From a virus (taxonomy: Duplodnaviria; Caudoviricetes): 64,000 bases of DNA. The DNA is taken from positions 1 through 64,000 of IMG/VR virus record IMGVR_UViG_2939702853_000005. The stretch is one strand, 5' to 3'. Position numbers and translations under genes: made by a program. How positions within the stretch are numbered: the first letter of the stretch is position 1; the number at the start of each line of letters is the position of its first letter. Shown here in pieces: positions 55,631-64,000 of the stretch. Under the pieces are notes generated by a model. It saw only the letters and a list, made by a program, of their open reading frames with translations, ran no database searches and had not been told where the DNA came from.

Positions 55631-58249
55631 TTATGTATACCGCTCGTTTCGTTCCTCATGGGGACAGTTTTTACTTCTTTGTTTTCTCTTTTTATCTCGC
55701 TCTTTTGCCTTTCTTATTATCTTAAAACAGTCCAAACAATAAATTTGACGCTGTTTAGTTATAGTATAATTTTGTCCACATCTTTCGCATCTTCCCATCT
55801 TATTTAGATTTCTCAATAAATTTGCTACTATAATATCACCGAATGATGACCATAAAGTTGTCTTGAAATTACTCTTTTTATTGTTATACAAGTATTCAAT
55901 TAATACATCAACAATTTCATACTTATTCTTTTTACTACTTGAAAATATAGTTTCTCTTATTAATGAATAATGAAATAACTCGTCATTTGACTTTGTGGTT
56001 CCATCGGTAAAAAACATAAATTTTTTGTTTTTATCTAATTTTGTATATGCGTCAACAACATTCTCGTCAATTAGTACAGGAATCGTAGGATCGCTCAATA
56101 AAAGACTATAGTTGAATTTACCAAGACCAGCATTTTTAAAATTAATTCTCGGATTGGGTACAAGGTTTGATAGACGATTCATTACACTGTTATTAGAAAC
56201 CTCAACTTTATTTTCCTCTTTGTCTTTTGCATACATAAAAAATTTAGGTGCTTTTGTTTTAGTATGATTTAATATAATTTTCTTTATTTGCTCTGGACGT
56301 TCTGGTTTATACAATGTTTTTGCATAGTCGATTGTAAAGTTGTTTTCCATACACAAAGTTTTGATAACATTAAGGTCAATATTATCACTGTTCCAAATCT
56401 TAGTAATATCATTACTAATGATTCCAATGTTTCCCCCCGTATAAGCAGCATTTAATCCGTCAAATATACTTTTACTATTGATAAGTTCCGCTCCTGCTTT
56501 AGCCATCTCATAATAAAGGGGGTATATACCTTGCATATTCCTTTTTGCTGCATTAACAAGTGTTTCATCACAACAGACTAAAGCTTTGTCACCATCATTA
56601 TCAAACATCAGTATTTTACTTATGGGGTCATGAATGCTGGTATACAAGCTCTTAGTTACAAACCACCGTTTCATCTCTTTATTCTTAGTATTTTTCCTTA
56701 TCGCATGTTCTCTATAAAGATGTGGACTTCTCAGGCAATCTAAATCAATAGCATTTTCGAATAAATCGCAGAATACTTCTGCATTCTCTAATAACCCTTT
56801 GGGTTGGTCAATTTCCAAGAAAAGATACTCACAAAAAGCATATAAGTCAGGGCTTATGAACGTATACTTGCCATTCACATCAACTTTTCCTGCTTTAGCA
56901 TGTTTGATTAAGCTTTTTTTCACTTGTTTGATTGTTTCTTTGCTATAGGTATCGTTTAATAGCTCTGGATATATTTCTAATGCTTTTTGAAAACTATTTT
57001 TATTCTTATTATAATTTGTGACTCCCAAGGTTTTTAGCATTGTGTTTTTGTCAGTTCCAATTTTATGAATATCTTGTACTGTTTCAGAACTTATGATTTT
57101 TAGCTCCCGATCTGTTATATCGGTTAACGTTTGTAGCATTTGATAATTCAATTTAGCATTCCCAATCGTGTCATCTTCTTCATTACACTTTCCAGCTTGA
57201 CAGTTATAATTTAAATATTTATCTATGTATTCTGACCAAGAATTATAGTATTTCCACATTTTGAACTGACTCTTTGTAAAAATAACCTCTATTTCCTCTT
57301 TTAACACGTCATGTTCTTTACCATAAATATCTTTGATGATTCCATACCTACTATAACCTTGTTGTTTGTTTTTTTCTCTTAAGAATTTATCAAAGGGAAA
57401 GGGGACTAGCAACCCTTTGACCCAAGGAAGACGAATCATCATTGCTTTTTTACTTTTGCGCGGTAAAATCATTCCGCAACCATCTGTATGCTCAATGGGG
57501 ACATCCATAGTTTTGCGTTCAATGTCGTAGGTTTTATCTGAAATGAAGTCAACGGTAGTTTTTAAAGTTGTAGTCATATCATCCACGACAATGGATTTAT
57601 TAATATCAAAATCAAGCCATTGCTCAGTTGCACTATTACAAAGAGCTAGGTACGCCAAATACTTGTTAATGTTCACGCCACCAAGTTCATTGATTTTATC
57701 AATAGTTAGTCCACACATTAATGTGCGCTGATTCCTATGAAAAACTGTTTCTTTTATAAAAACAGTTTTTTTTGTTCTAATTTGCCCAGCACTTGCTGTA
57801 AAACAAACATATTTCTCATTATTATAGAGGAATCCGTTAACAATAATATCCTCCAGTACATCGAAAAAATATGTTTGAACTATAATTATATCTCTAAATA
57901 AACTATTTTCTTTGATTTGAAGCACTCTAGTTAGAGTTGAGTCAAATACAGACACAATATTCTTCAGGTTGTTACTATCAACTTCGCTTGGACGAAGAGA
58001 CCTGATGGTTTTGTTGTATCTAAAAAGGGTATAGAGTAATTCTTTCGATTTCTTTATTCGTTTATTGGTGTATTTTATGTAGCGGTTAACTTTATCTAAT
58101 AAAAACCCATCATTTAATTTCTTATTTTTTATTTCTTTTAATGTTGTTCTAAATTTATAGTTCCGTTTTTGTCTTCTATGTATTTTCATTTCTGTCTCAT
58201 TGTAAAAAGCGCTAGTATCAACACTAAAAATATGTACTTGTTTATTCAA
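55631..58249 (-). CDS. yonO: Single-subunit DNA-dependent RNA polymerase, YonO family
   Basis: NKQVHIFSVDTSAFYN start, TDGCG, IRLPWVKG, RSPHL, FDNDGD catalytic DxDGD, 872 aa. Confidence 0.93.
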   Translation of the reverse strand: MNKQVHIFSVDTSAFYNETEMKIHRRQKRNYKFRTTLKEIKNKKLNDGFLLDKVNRYIKYTNKRIKKSKELLYTLFRYNKTIRSLRPSEVDSNNLKNIVSVFDSTLTRVLQIKENSLFRDIIIVQTYFFDVLEDIIVNGFLYNNEKYVCFTASAGQIRTKKTVFIKETVFHRNQRTLMCGLTIDKINELGGVNINKYLAYLALCNSATEQWLDFDINKSIVVDDMTTTLKTTVDFISDKTYDIERKTMDVPIEHTDGCGMILPRKSKKAMMIRLPWVKGLLVPFPFDKFLREKNKQQGYSRYGIIKDIYGKEHDVLKEEIEVIFTKSQFKMWKYYNSWSEYIDKYLNYNCQAGKCNEEDDTIGNAKLNYQMLQTLTDITDRELKIISSETVQDIHKIGTDKNTMLKTLGVTNYNKNKNSFQKALEIYPELLNDTYSKETIKQVKKSLIKHAKAGKVDVNGKYTFISPDLYAFCEYLFLEIDQPKGLLENAEVFCDLFENAIDLDCLRSPHLYREHAIRKNTKNKEMKRWFVTKSLYTSIHDPISKILMFDNDGDKALVCCDETLVNAAKRNMQGIYPLYYEMAKAGAELINSKSIFDGLNAAYTGGNIGIISNDITKIWNSDNIDLNVIKTLCMENNFTIDYAKTLYKPERPEQIKKIILNHTKTKAPKFFMYAKDKEENKVEVSNNSVMNRLSNLVPNPRINFKNAGLGKFNYSLLLSDPTIPVLIDENVVDAYTKLDKNKKFMFFTDGTTKSNDELFHYSLIRETIFSSSKKNKYEIVDVLIEYLYNNKKSNFKTTLWSSFGDIIVANLLRNLNKMGRCERCGQNYTITKQRQIYCLDCFKIIRKAKERDKKRKQRSKNCPHEERNERYT

Positions 58250-59247
58250 ATTAATTTACGTTCTCTCCTTTGTGAAAGATAGTTGCCCAAAATAGCAGTA
58301 ATATACTTGTAATACCAGTCATAGTCTGTGAATTCCTTGCGTTTGTTGTAGTAGTTAACCCTAAGAATAGCAATTCCTTTACTACGACAATAAGCATCCT
58401 TTATTTCATCTCTATGTTTCGCTGCTATTCTTCTAGTTGATTTATGATCATACTGATGTTCCACATCATCTATTTCAACAAGAGATAAAATGCCTCCGTT
58501 TGACCCGAAAACAACAAAGTCGAATTTTAGAGGTTGTTTATTCTCACCTTTCAGATCATCAAAAGAATATTGAATTTTAAAATTGTAATCGTGATTTTTC
58601 AAATAATCGTAAACAACTCTTTCAGAGAAAGGGAGATTGCAAACAGGGCATCCACGGCCTTTCTTGATGTTTGTGGGTGTAATGCCCCATTTGTACTTAT
58701 CGATATTACATTTCACGGAAACTGAGAGTGTACTTTTTTGATATGGAGAGAGAAGTTTATAATTTTTACTTCTCAGTATTCCTATAATTTCTTCTTCAAA
58801 GTTTCCTTTTCTGCCAGAACAGTAGGGACACCATTGAGACTTGCTAAACAAGCAGTCAGCCGTAGTAAAGAAATTGGGATGATTTTTGACTCCACAATCA
58901 ATCTCATATGTACTTTTAGCTGTTTTCCATTTAGGACTTATTAGGTTACCACCTTTAGATTCACAAAGGTTTCTAAGTCGTTTAAAAAGATATACGTGAT
59001 CTTTTTTGTTTTTACAACAAACACTACTTTTTAAATTACTGCTACAAGCGCCGCAAGGAGAAAAGCTCTTTGCTAATATATTCTTTGCGTTCATGGTTTT
59101 ACGTACATCTCCATGATCATTACAATGGTAAATGAACGATATAGGTTCTGTGCCACCGTTATAATCACTTATAATTTTGACTCGATCTCCAAATTTATCA
59201 TACACTTTCTTTCTGAATTCTTCTGTAGTCTGCTTTTTGATCCCCAA
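58246..59247 (-). CDS. Putative free-standing homing endonuclease (Zn motifs plus PD-(D/E)XK/DUF2726-like)
   Basis: TTEEF, WCPYC, GCPVC, SERVV..LKFDFVV..VEIDD.EH..RDEIKDAYC..ILRV. Confidence 0.8.
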   Translation of the reverse strand: MGIKKQTTEEFRKKVYDKFGDRVKIISDYNGGTEPISFIYHCNDHGDVRKTMNAKNILAKSFSPCGACSSNLKSSVCCKNKKDHVYLFKRLRNLCESKGGNLISPKWKTAKSTYEIDCGVKNHPNFFTTADCLFSKSQWCPYCSGRKGNFEEEIIGILRSKNYKLLSPYQKSTLSVSVKCNIDKYKWGITPTNIKKGRGCPVCNLPFSERVVYDYLKNHDYNFKIQYSFDDLKGENKQPLKFDFVVFGSNGGILSLVEIDDVEHQYDHKSTRRIAAKHRDEIKDAYCRSKGIAILRVNYYNKRKEFTDYDWYYKYITAILGNYLSQRRERKLI

Positions 59248-59287
59248 AAACCAATGTCTCCTTTCATTTATTATTTTATATGTATTT

Positions 59288-59542
59288 TTACTTACTAAAA
59301 GCTATTTCATTTTCTTTACTGGCTACTGTCTTATATGGCTCTCGATAATACTTATTTTGCGCTTCATTCTTAAGCCAAAAAACTTCATCGTCGTACTCTT
59401 CTATGTATTCAATACAATCCTCTGTACCTTCTAACATCCAATCTGATACATTTCTCTCATCAAACACATCTACTTTATACCCATCATAGTACAAATCCTC
59501 CCATGTAGTAATAGAATGATTCCCTTTGCTTCGTTTTTCCAT
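59288..59542 (-). CDS. Small acidic hypothetical protein
   Basis: RBS gagggg; open frame. Confidence 0.6.
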   Translation of the reverse strand: MEKRSKGNHSITTWEDLYYDGYKVDVFDERNVSDWMLEGTEDCIEYIEEYDDEVFWLKNEAQNKYYREPYKTVASKENEIAFSK

Positions 59543-59714
59543 TATGTATTTATTTCCCCTCAATTTTTTATTTTTATATCAGAGACAAGTTATCTCTGTG
59601 TTCACAATATATCACGTCGCTATAAATTCGTCAATAAAAAAGATAATTTAATTATATTTACTTATTGGAAGAGTAAATGTATAATGTATATAAGATGAAA
59701 GGGGGTTGCGTCAC

Positions 59715-60767
59715 ATGAGCGCAATAACAAATAATATAGTTGGATTACATAATAGAAGCGTGTACGAAGATATTGAAACGCACCTAAATAGTTTCGAAAG
59801 TAAATTTACTTCAAACACCTATAGAAATAGTTTGGCTAAATTTTTTATGTGGTACAGCAAGGGAAAGGATATGTCTTCATTAAAAAAAGAGGATTTGACA
59901 ATAAGAAATGCAGATATATTGAGATATAGAAATTTTCTGGTGGGATTGAAAGATGAAGAAGGAGGCAGATTTTATACAAACACCACAGTAAATAATCATA
60001 TAGCTGCAATTCAAAGTTTATATTCTTTTTTTGAGAAAAATGATTATGATGTTAAAGCTATCACAACACATATAAAACCATTATCAGATGACTCGAAGAG
60101 ATGTGGCACTTTATATCCTCATGAAGCTGAACGGATGGCTATCATTATAGAAAAAACAAAAAAAGGAAATGAAAAATCTGCACTGATTCGAATGGCTTAC
60201 ACAACGAGCTTTCGTAAAAGTTCACTTCTGAATCTAGAGTGGGATGATATAGTATATAATGATGTTCACGACTACTATGAGGTCTATATTGTTGGTAAAG
60301 GTGGAATAAAGCATGTTATGCCTATTGAGCCTGAATTGTACAGCTATCTGCTTAAGATAAAAGAGCAGCCTTATTACAAGCAGTACGCAGACAATAAGGT
60401 ATTTCATTTAGATACTAAAACGATACAAAAGATGATGGGTTATTTAAAACAAGAATTAAATATCCCAACAGAAAGAAATGTGGTATTCCACAGCCTTCGA
60501 AATGTAGCAAGTAGTTTTGGAACTCTTGAAGAAGCAAAGAAACATTACAATCATTCGAGTTACGATGTTACTGAACGTTACAGACACAAGGACAATGACT
60601 TAAGTAACAGCTTGAGCTTAAGAATTAGTAATCAAATTACTGATTCAATATTTGAAGAATTGTCAAAAGAAGAGTTGATTGAGATTATTCGAAGTCAACA
60701 CGAAGGAGTGATTTTTCAAATGAAGAGAGATGCAAAAAAAATAAAAGAAGACAAGGAGAATTACTAA
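59715..60767 (+). CDS. Tyrosine recombinase-fold protein (YopP-like)
   Basis: TSFRKSS (R), GKGG (K), FHSLR, NHSS, ERY; TTVNNHIAAIQSLY core-binding motif. Confidence 0.85.
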   Translation: MSAITNNIVGLHNRSVYEDIETHLNSFESKFTSNTYRNSLAKFFMWYSKGKDMSSLKKEDLTIRNADILRYRNFLVGLKDEEGGRFYTNTTVNNHIAAIQSLYSFFEKNDYDVKAITTHIKPLSDDSKRCGTLYPHEAERMAIIIEKTKKGNEKSALIRMAYTTSFRKSSLLNLEWDDIVYNDVHDYYEVYIVGKGGIKHVMPIEPELYSYLLKIKEQPYYKQYADNKVFHLDTKTIQKMMGYLKQELNIPTERNVVFHSLRNVASSFGTLEEAKKHYNHSSYDVTERYRHKDNDLSNSLSLRISNQITDSIFEELSKEELIEIIRSQHEGVIFQMKRDAKKIKEDKENY

Positions 60768-60769
60768 TT

Positions 60770-62944
60770 TTGAATAGTGATATTATTGAAATTAACTTAA
60801 AGCCAGTGAAAAAATTGTATTACGGCTCCGATTTTGGTGTGTTTTCATGTGTCTCAAACTCAACAAGTGTAGTAAATAATCAATATGGTAATTTTGTAAT
60901 CAATGGGCCAATGCCAGAATTGAGTTTGAAGGCTGAATATGTTGCAAGATTACACTATGTTCAACACAAAAAATATGGATGGGGTTATGAGGTACAAAAT
61001 ATACGCCAAGAACTGCCTAATACAATAAAAGGACAACATGCATTTTTACGGTCAATTCTAAGCGAAGCGCAATGTGAACCGATCATTGAAAGGTATCCGA
61101 ATGAAGATATTATTGAAATGATAAGAAGTGGTACACTTAATTATTCAGAAATTAAAGGGATAGGCAAAAAAACTTTTAATAAGATAAGAGAAAAAGTGAA
61201 TGATAACTTTAACATACAAGAGGTATTAATTGAGTTATCTCAATACGGTGTTACTTACACTGTCATTAAAAAATTGCTAGAACGATATTATAACTCGCCA
61301 ACTATAGTAGTTCAAAAGATCAAGGAAAATCCATATATATTGTGTGAAGAAGTAAATGGGTTAGGATTTAAAAAAGTCGATGGCTATGCTTTGATGATGA
61401 ATATTGAAGAGAATTCTCCGTATAGATTGGTGGCTGCTATTGACTACATACTCAAAGACGAAGAAAGTAAAAACGGTCATTGTTGGATTAATATCGATCA
61501 TATGAAAAAATCAATGATATATCTGTTAAATTTATCAAGCGAAATAATCTCCAACTTTCTAACAAGAGAGAATCTAAGGAGTTTTTATTTGGACGAGACC
61601 AGAATAGCTTTGAAAAGGGCATATCAAGATGAACTAAAAATTTTCAACAAAATAATGGAATTATTAAAAGGAGATCCATATAGAATTGAAAATATAGAGA
61701 ATAAGATTGAAAAAGTTGAGAATGAACAAGGTTTTAAATTTACAGAAGAACAAAGACAAACAATCTTTGATTGCGTTGAACATAATGTAGTTATAATATC
61801 TGGTAAAGCAGGTACAGGTAAAACTTCCGTTCTCAAAGGAATATTAAAAATCTTGGACGAATATACATATGAGACATGTGCATTTAGTGGTAAAGCTTCT
61901 CAAAGAATCATAGAATCTACGGGATTAACATCTCAAACAATACATAGGCTTCTTGGATACAATCCTAAAATGGGATTTTTATATGATCATGACAATCCTT
62001 TGTACCAACAAGTTATTGTTCCAGATGAAGGAAGTATGATTCCAAGTTATCTATTTAGATCGCTAATAGTTGCAATTCCAAATGGACATAAACTTATAAT
62101 GCTTGGGGATGTGGAACAATTAGCGGCTGTAGGTTCTGGTAAGCCCTTTATTGATATGATAGATAGTAAAAAAATAAAAGTTTGTGAGTTAACACAAGTA
62201 CATAGACAAGCAATGAAATCAGGGATATTAGTGGCAGCTAATACTATACGAGAAGGAAATCAGATTGTTCAAGCAAACGATTATACGCCAAAAGTAGTAG
62301 GAGATTTAAAAGATTTATTTTTATATCCCAAAGTAAATAGTCAAGATATTTATAATCATATAATAGAGTTATGCAAAAGCAATAAAGATAGGTTCAACTT
62401 AAAAGAGTTCCAAGTAATTGTACCAATGAAGAATAAAGGGATACTTTCAACTAAGAATTTAAATCATGCACTCCAAAATATATTTAATTGTAATTCAGAA
62501 AATGGACTAAAAAGGGCAGATATATTTTTTAAAACTGGAGACAAAATAATAAAAAATGGAAATGACTATGACAATGGAGTTTTCAATGGAACAATAGGAT
62601 TCATTGCTTGTGTTGATTATGAAAACGATGCTTTAACTGTAGATTTCATGGGAGTAGAAGAACAAGTAATCTATAAACGAGAGCAGTTGTTGCAGATCGA
62701 TCTTGCATACGCATTAACTACACATCGGGTTCAGGGCAGTCAATTCGATAATGTTATTTATGCGCTTGATTATTCATCTTATATGCTTCTCAATAGACAA
62801 CAAGTGTATACGGGCCTGACTAGAGCAATTAAAAGGTGTGTGTTTATTTTCGAGTTAAAGGCTTTAATAAGAGCTACTCAAACAAACGATACGAATAAAA
62901 GAAATACTTTTCTCAAAGAAATGTTACAAAAAGGAGTCAACTAA
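60770..62944 (+). CDS. RecD2-like SF1B ATP-dependent DNA helicase
   Basis: HhH GIGKKT; GKAGTGKT; QTIHRLL; DEGSM; GDVEQL; LTQVHRQ; YALTTHRVQGSQF; YTGLTRA. Confidence 0.93.
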   Translation: MNSDIIEINLKPVKKLYYGSDFGVFSCVSNSTSVVNNQYGNFVINGPMPELSLKAEYVARLHYVQHKKYGWGYEVQNIRQELPNTIKGQHAFLRSILSEAQCEPIIERYPNEDIIEMIRSGTLNYSEIKGIGKKTFNKIREKVNDNFNIQEVLIELSQYGVTYTVIKKLLERYYNSPTIVVQKIKENPYILCEEVNGLGFKKVDGYALMMNIEENSPYRLVAAIDYILKDEESKNGHCWINIDHMKKSMIYLLNLSSEIISNFLTRENLRSFYLDETRIALKRAYQDELKIFNKIMELLKGDPYRIENIENKIEKVENEQGFKFTEEQRQTIFDCVEHNVVIISGKAGTGKTSVLKGILKILDEYTYETCAFSGKASQRIIESTGLTSQTIHRLLGYNPKMGFLYDHDNPLYQQVIVPDEGSMIPSYLFRSLIVAIPNGHKLIMLGDVEQLAAVGSGKPFIDMIDSKKIKVCELTQVHRQAMKSGILVAANTIREGNQIVQANDYTPKVVGDLKDLFLYPKVNSQDIYNHIIELCKSNKDRFNLKEFQVIVPMKNKGILSTKNLNHALQNIFNCNSENGLKRADIFFKTGDKIIKNGNDYDNGVFNGTIGFIACVDYENDALTVDFMGVEEQVIYKREQLLQIDLAYALTTHRVQGSQFDNVIYALDYSSYMLLNRQQVYTGLTRAIKRCVFIFELKALIRATQTNDTNKRNTFLKEMLQKGVN

Positions 62945-62946
62945 TT

Positions 62947-63945
62947 ATGAATTTAAAAAATATACATAAAGGATTTGTAGCAAAAAATTATAAACATATG
63001 TGTGAGGTATTAGAGGAAGAGGTTAAAGAGGGTAATTCAAAAAACTCTCAATTAAAAGTCTGGAATAGTTATTTTGAATATGAAAAACGCGGCAATAAAC
63101 TCGTAATAAAAAGAGTATATAAGAAACCAAAAGCAATTCCAGATACAAGAGGAGGAAATAAACTTCCTTATTTAGAAAATATAAATGATTTATTGATACA
63201 AATATTATTAAGGGCTAAAGGCTATAAATTTATACTATCCAAAAATAGGCTGTTATTGATGTTGAATATGATCAATGGGAAATATAATACAGGCAAAGAT
63301 AATATAGAATATCTATGCAAACATTTAAAAATGGATAAAGTAGATATTTATGATTTTTACAATAGTACCGATGACACATTAAAAAGGAATTTAGAATCAT
63401 CGCTAAAAGACTTGAAAAATAAAAAAGCAATTTTTTATAAAACTGTATTGATGATCTGTAAGAATAATGATGTGCATAGAGCAAGTGATGACGAAGAAGA
63501 AATGGTTTTAACAGTACAATCAAGAGTTCTAGAAAGTATGGGATATAAAGGATTGATCGAAGTGTTTAGAGATGGTGTCATTGAAGAATTTACTGAAATG
63601 AGTAATACAATACTATATAATGACTATGGAATTTCTTATGTTTTTGAAGCATACGATGTGACCTTAAACAAAGATAAACTTATTGATTTAAAAAAAATTA
63701 ATGATAAGAAGCTTTTCAAGCTAGAAAATTGCATCAATATATCAATAAAAGATAGACTGCTCGATAATACTGGCAAACGTGTCACACGAGAAATTGAAAA
63801 ATGGGATGACGGATTTGGTGAGTTCAATAGTAAAACAGCATTTAGAGCAAACAGTGATTATTATGCAAATCAAGAGAAATTGATAGATATATTTGTAGAT
63901 GCAAACAGTAAATTCAACATGACTGAATTGAATAAAAGTCAATAA
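62947..63945 (+). CDS. Hypothetical phage protein (possible DNA-binding/replication)
   Basis: Coupled to the helicase gene; NYKHMCEVL..G..KNSQLK N-terminal motif; basic composition. Confidence 0.75.
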   Translation: MNLKNIHKGFVAKNYKHMCEVLEEEVKEGNSKNSQLKVWNSYFEYEKRGNKLVIKRVYKKPKAIPDTRGGNKLPYLENINDLLIQILLRAKGYKFILSKNRLLLMLNMINGKYNTGKDNIEYLCKHLKMDKVDIYDFYNSTDDTLKRNLESSLKDLKNKKAIFYKTVLMICKNNDVHRASDDEEEMVLTVQSRVLESMGYKGLIEVFRDGVIEEFTEMSNTILYNDYGISYVFEAYDVTLNKDKLIDLKKINDKKLFKLENCINISIKDRLLDNTGKRVTREIEKWDDGFGEFNSKTAFRANSDYYANQEKLIDIFVDANSKFNMTELNKSQ

Positions 63946-64000
63946 AATAAAGGGTTTTTGTATCAAAAAAGCATCAAAAGTTGAACAGCAAAAAATCTTA

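Larger units (their letters stand above)
1..64000. mobile_element. SPbeta-like large temperate phage/prophage (late region plus start of a divergent operon); boundaries lie outside the window
   Basis: Gene order YonO RNAP - HU - phosphoesterase - terminase - portal - capsid - tail tube - integrase-like - tape measure - lysis matches SPbeta yonO to blyA synteny; no host housekeeping genes seen. Confidence 0.93.

Noticed and set aside
3329-63966. The many 60-170-aa ORFs antisense to or nested in long genes
   Set aside because: No RBS or protein-like composition; they overlap well-supported genes

Overview
The whole window lies inside a large SPbeta-like temperate phage or prophage. The host is probably Paenibacillus; this is inferred from the stalk-domain gene and overall gene content, not proven. 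The minus strand carries the late region, read from about 59.5 kb down to 2.8 kb: YonO-type single-subunit RNA polymerase, HU, metallophosphoesterase, terminase subunits, portal, protease/scaffold, capsid, head-tail proteins, tail tube, tail chaperones, a tyrosine recombinase, a 2330-aa tape measure with NlpC/P60 and SLT domains, tail-tip and receptor-binding proteins, and holin/amidase/holin lysis genes. A divergent plus-strand operon (tyrosine-recombinase-like, RecD2-like helicase, hypothetical) starts at about 59.7 kb. No att site, integrase for this element, tRNA, rRNA, CRISPR array or reverse transcriptase was seen. The most notable accessory features are: (1) three translationally coupled glycosyltransferases directly behind the tail-tube gene, a candidate virion-glycosylation system; (2) a 6.4-kb island splitting the tail operon, holding a RuvC-fold pseudo-nuclease plus Ser/Thr kinase module (candidate anti-phage system), an RHH-controlled zinc-ribbon endonuclease cassette and a type I toxin-antitoxin locus missed by the ORF track; (3) inverted repeats that could hide island ribosome-binding sites on read-through transcripts; (4) two candidate structured ncRNAs; and (5) a PAAR-like spike-tip gene in a phage with no visible sheath gene. 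All family calls come from motif recognition by eye; no database search was run.
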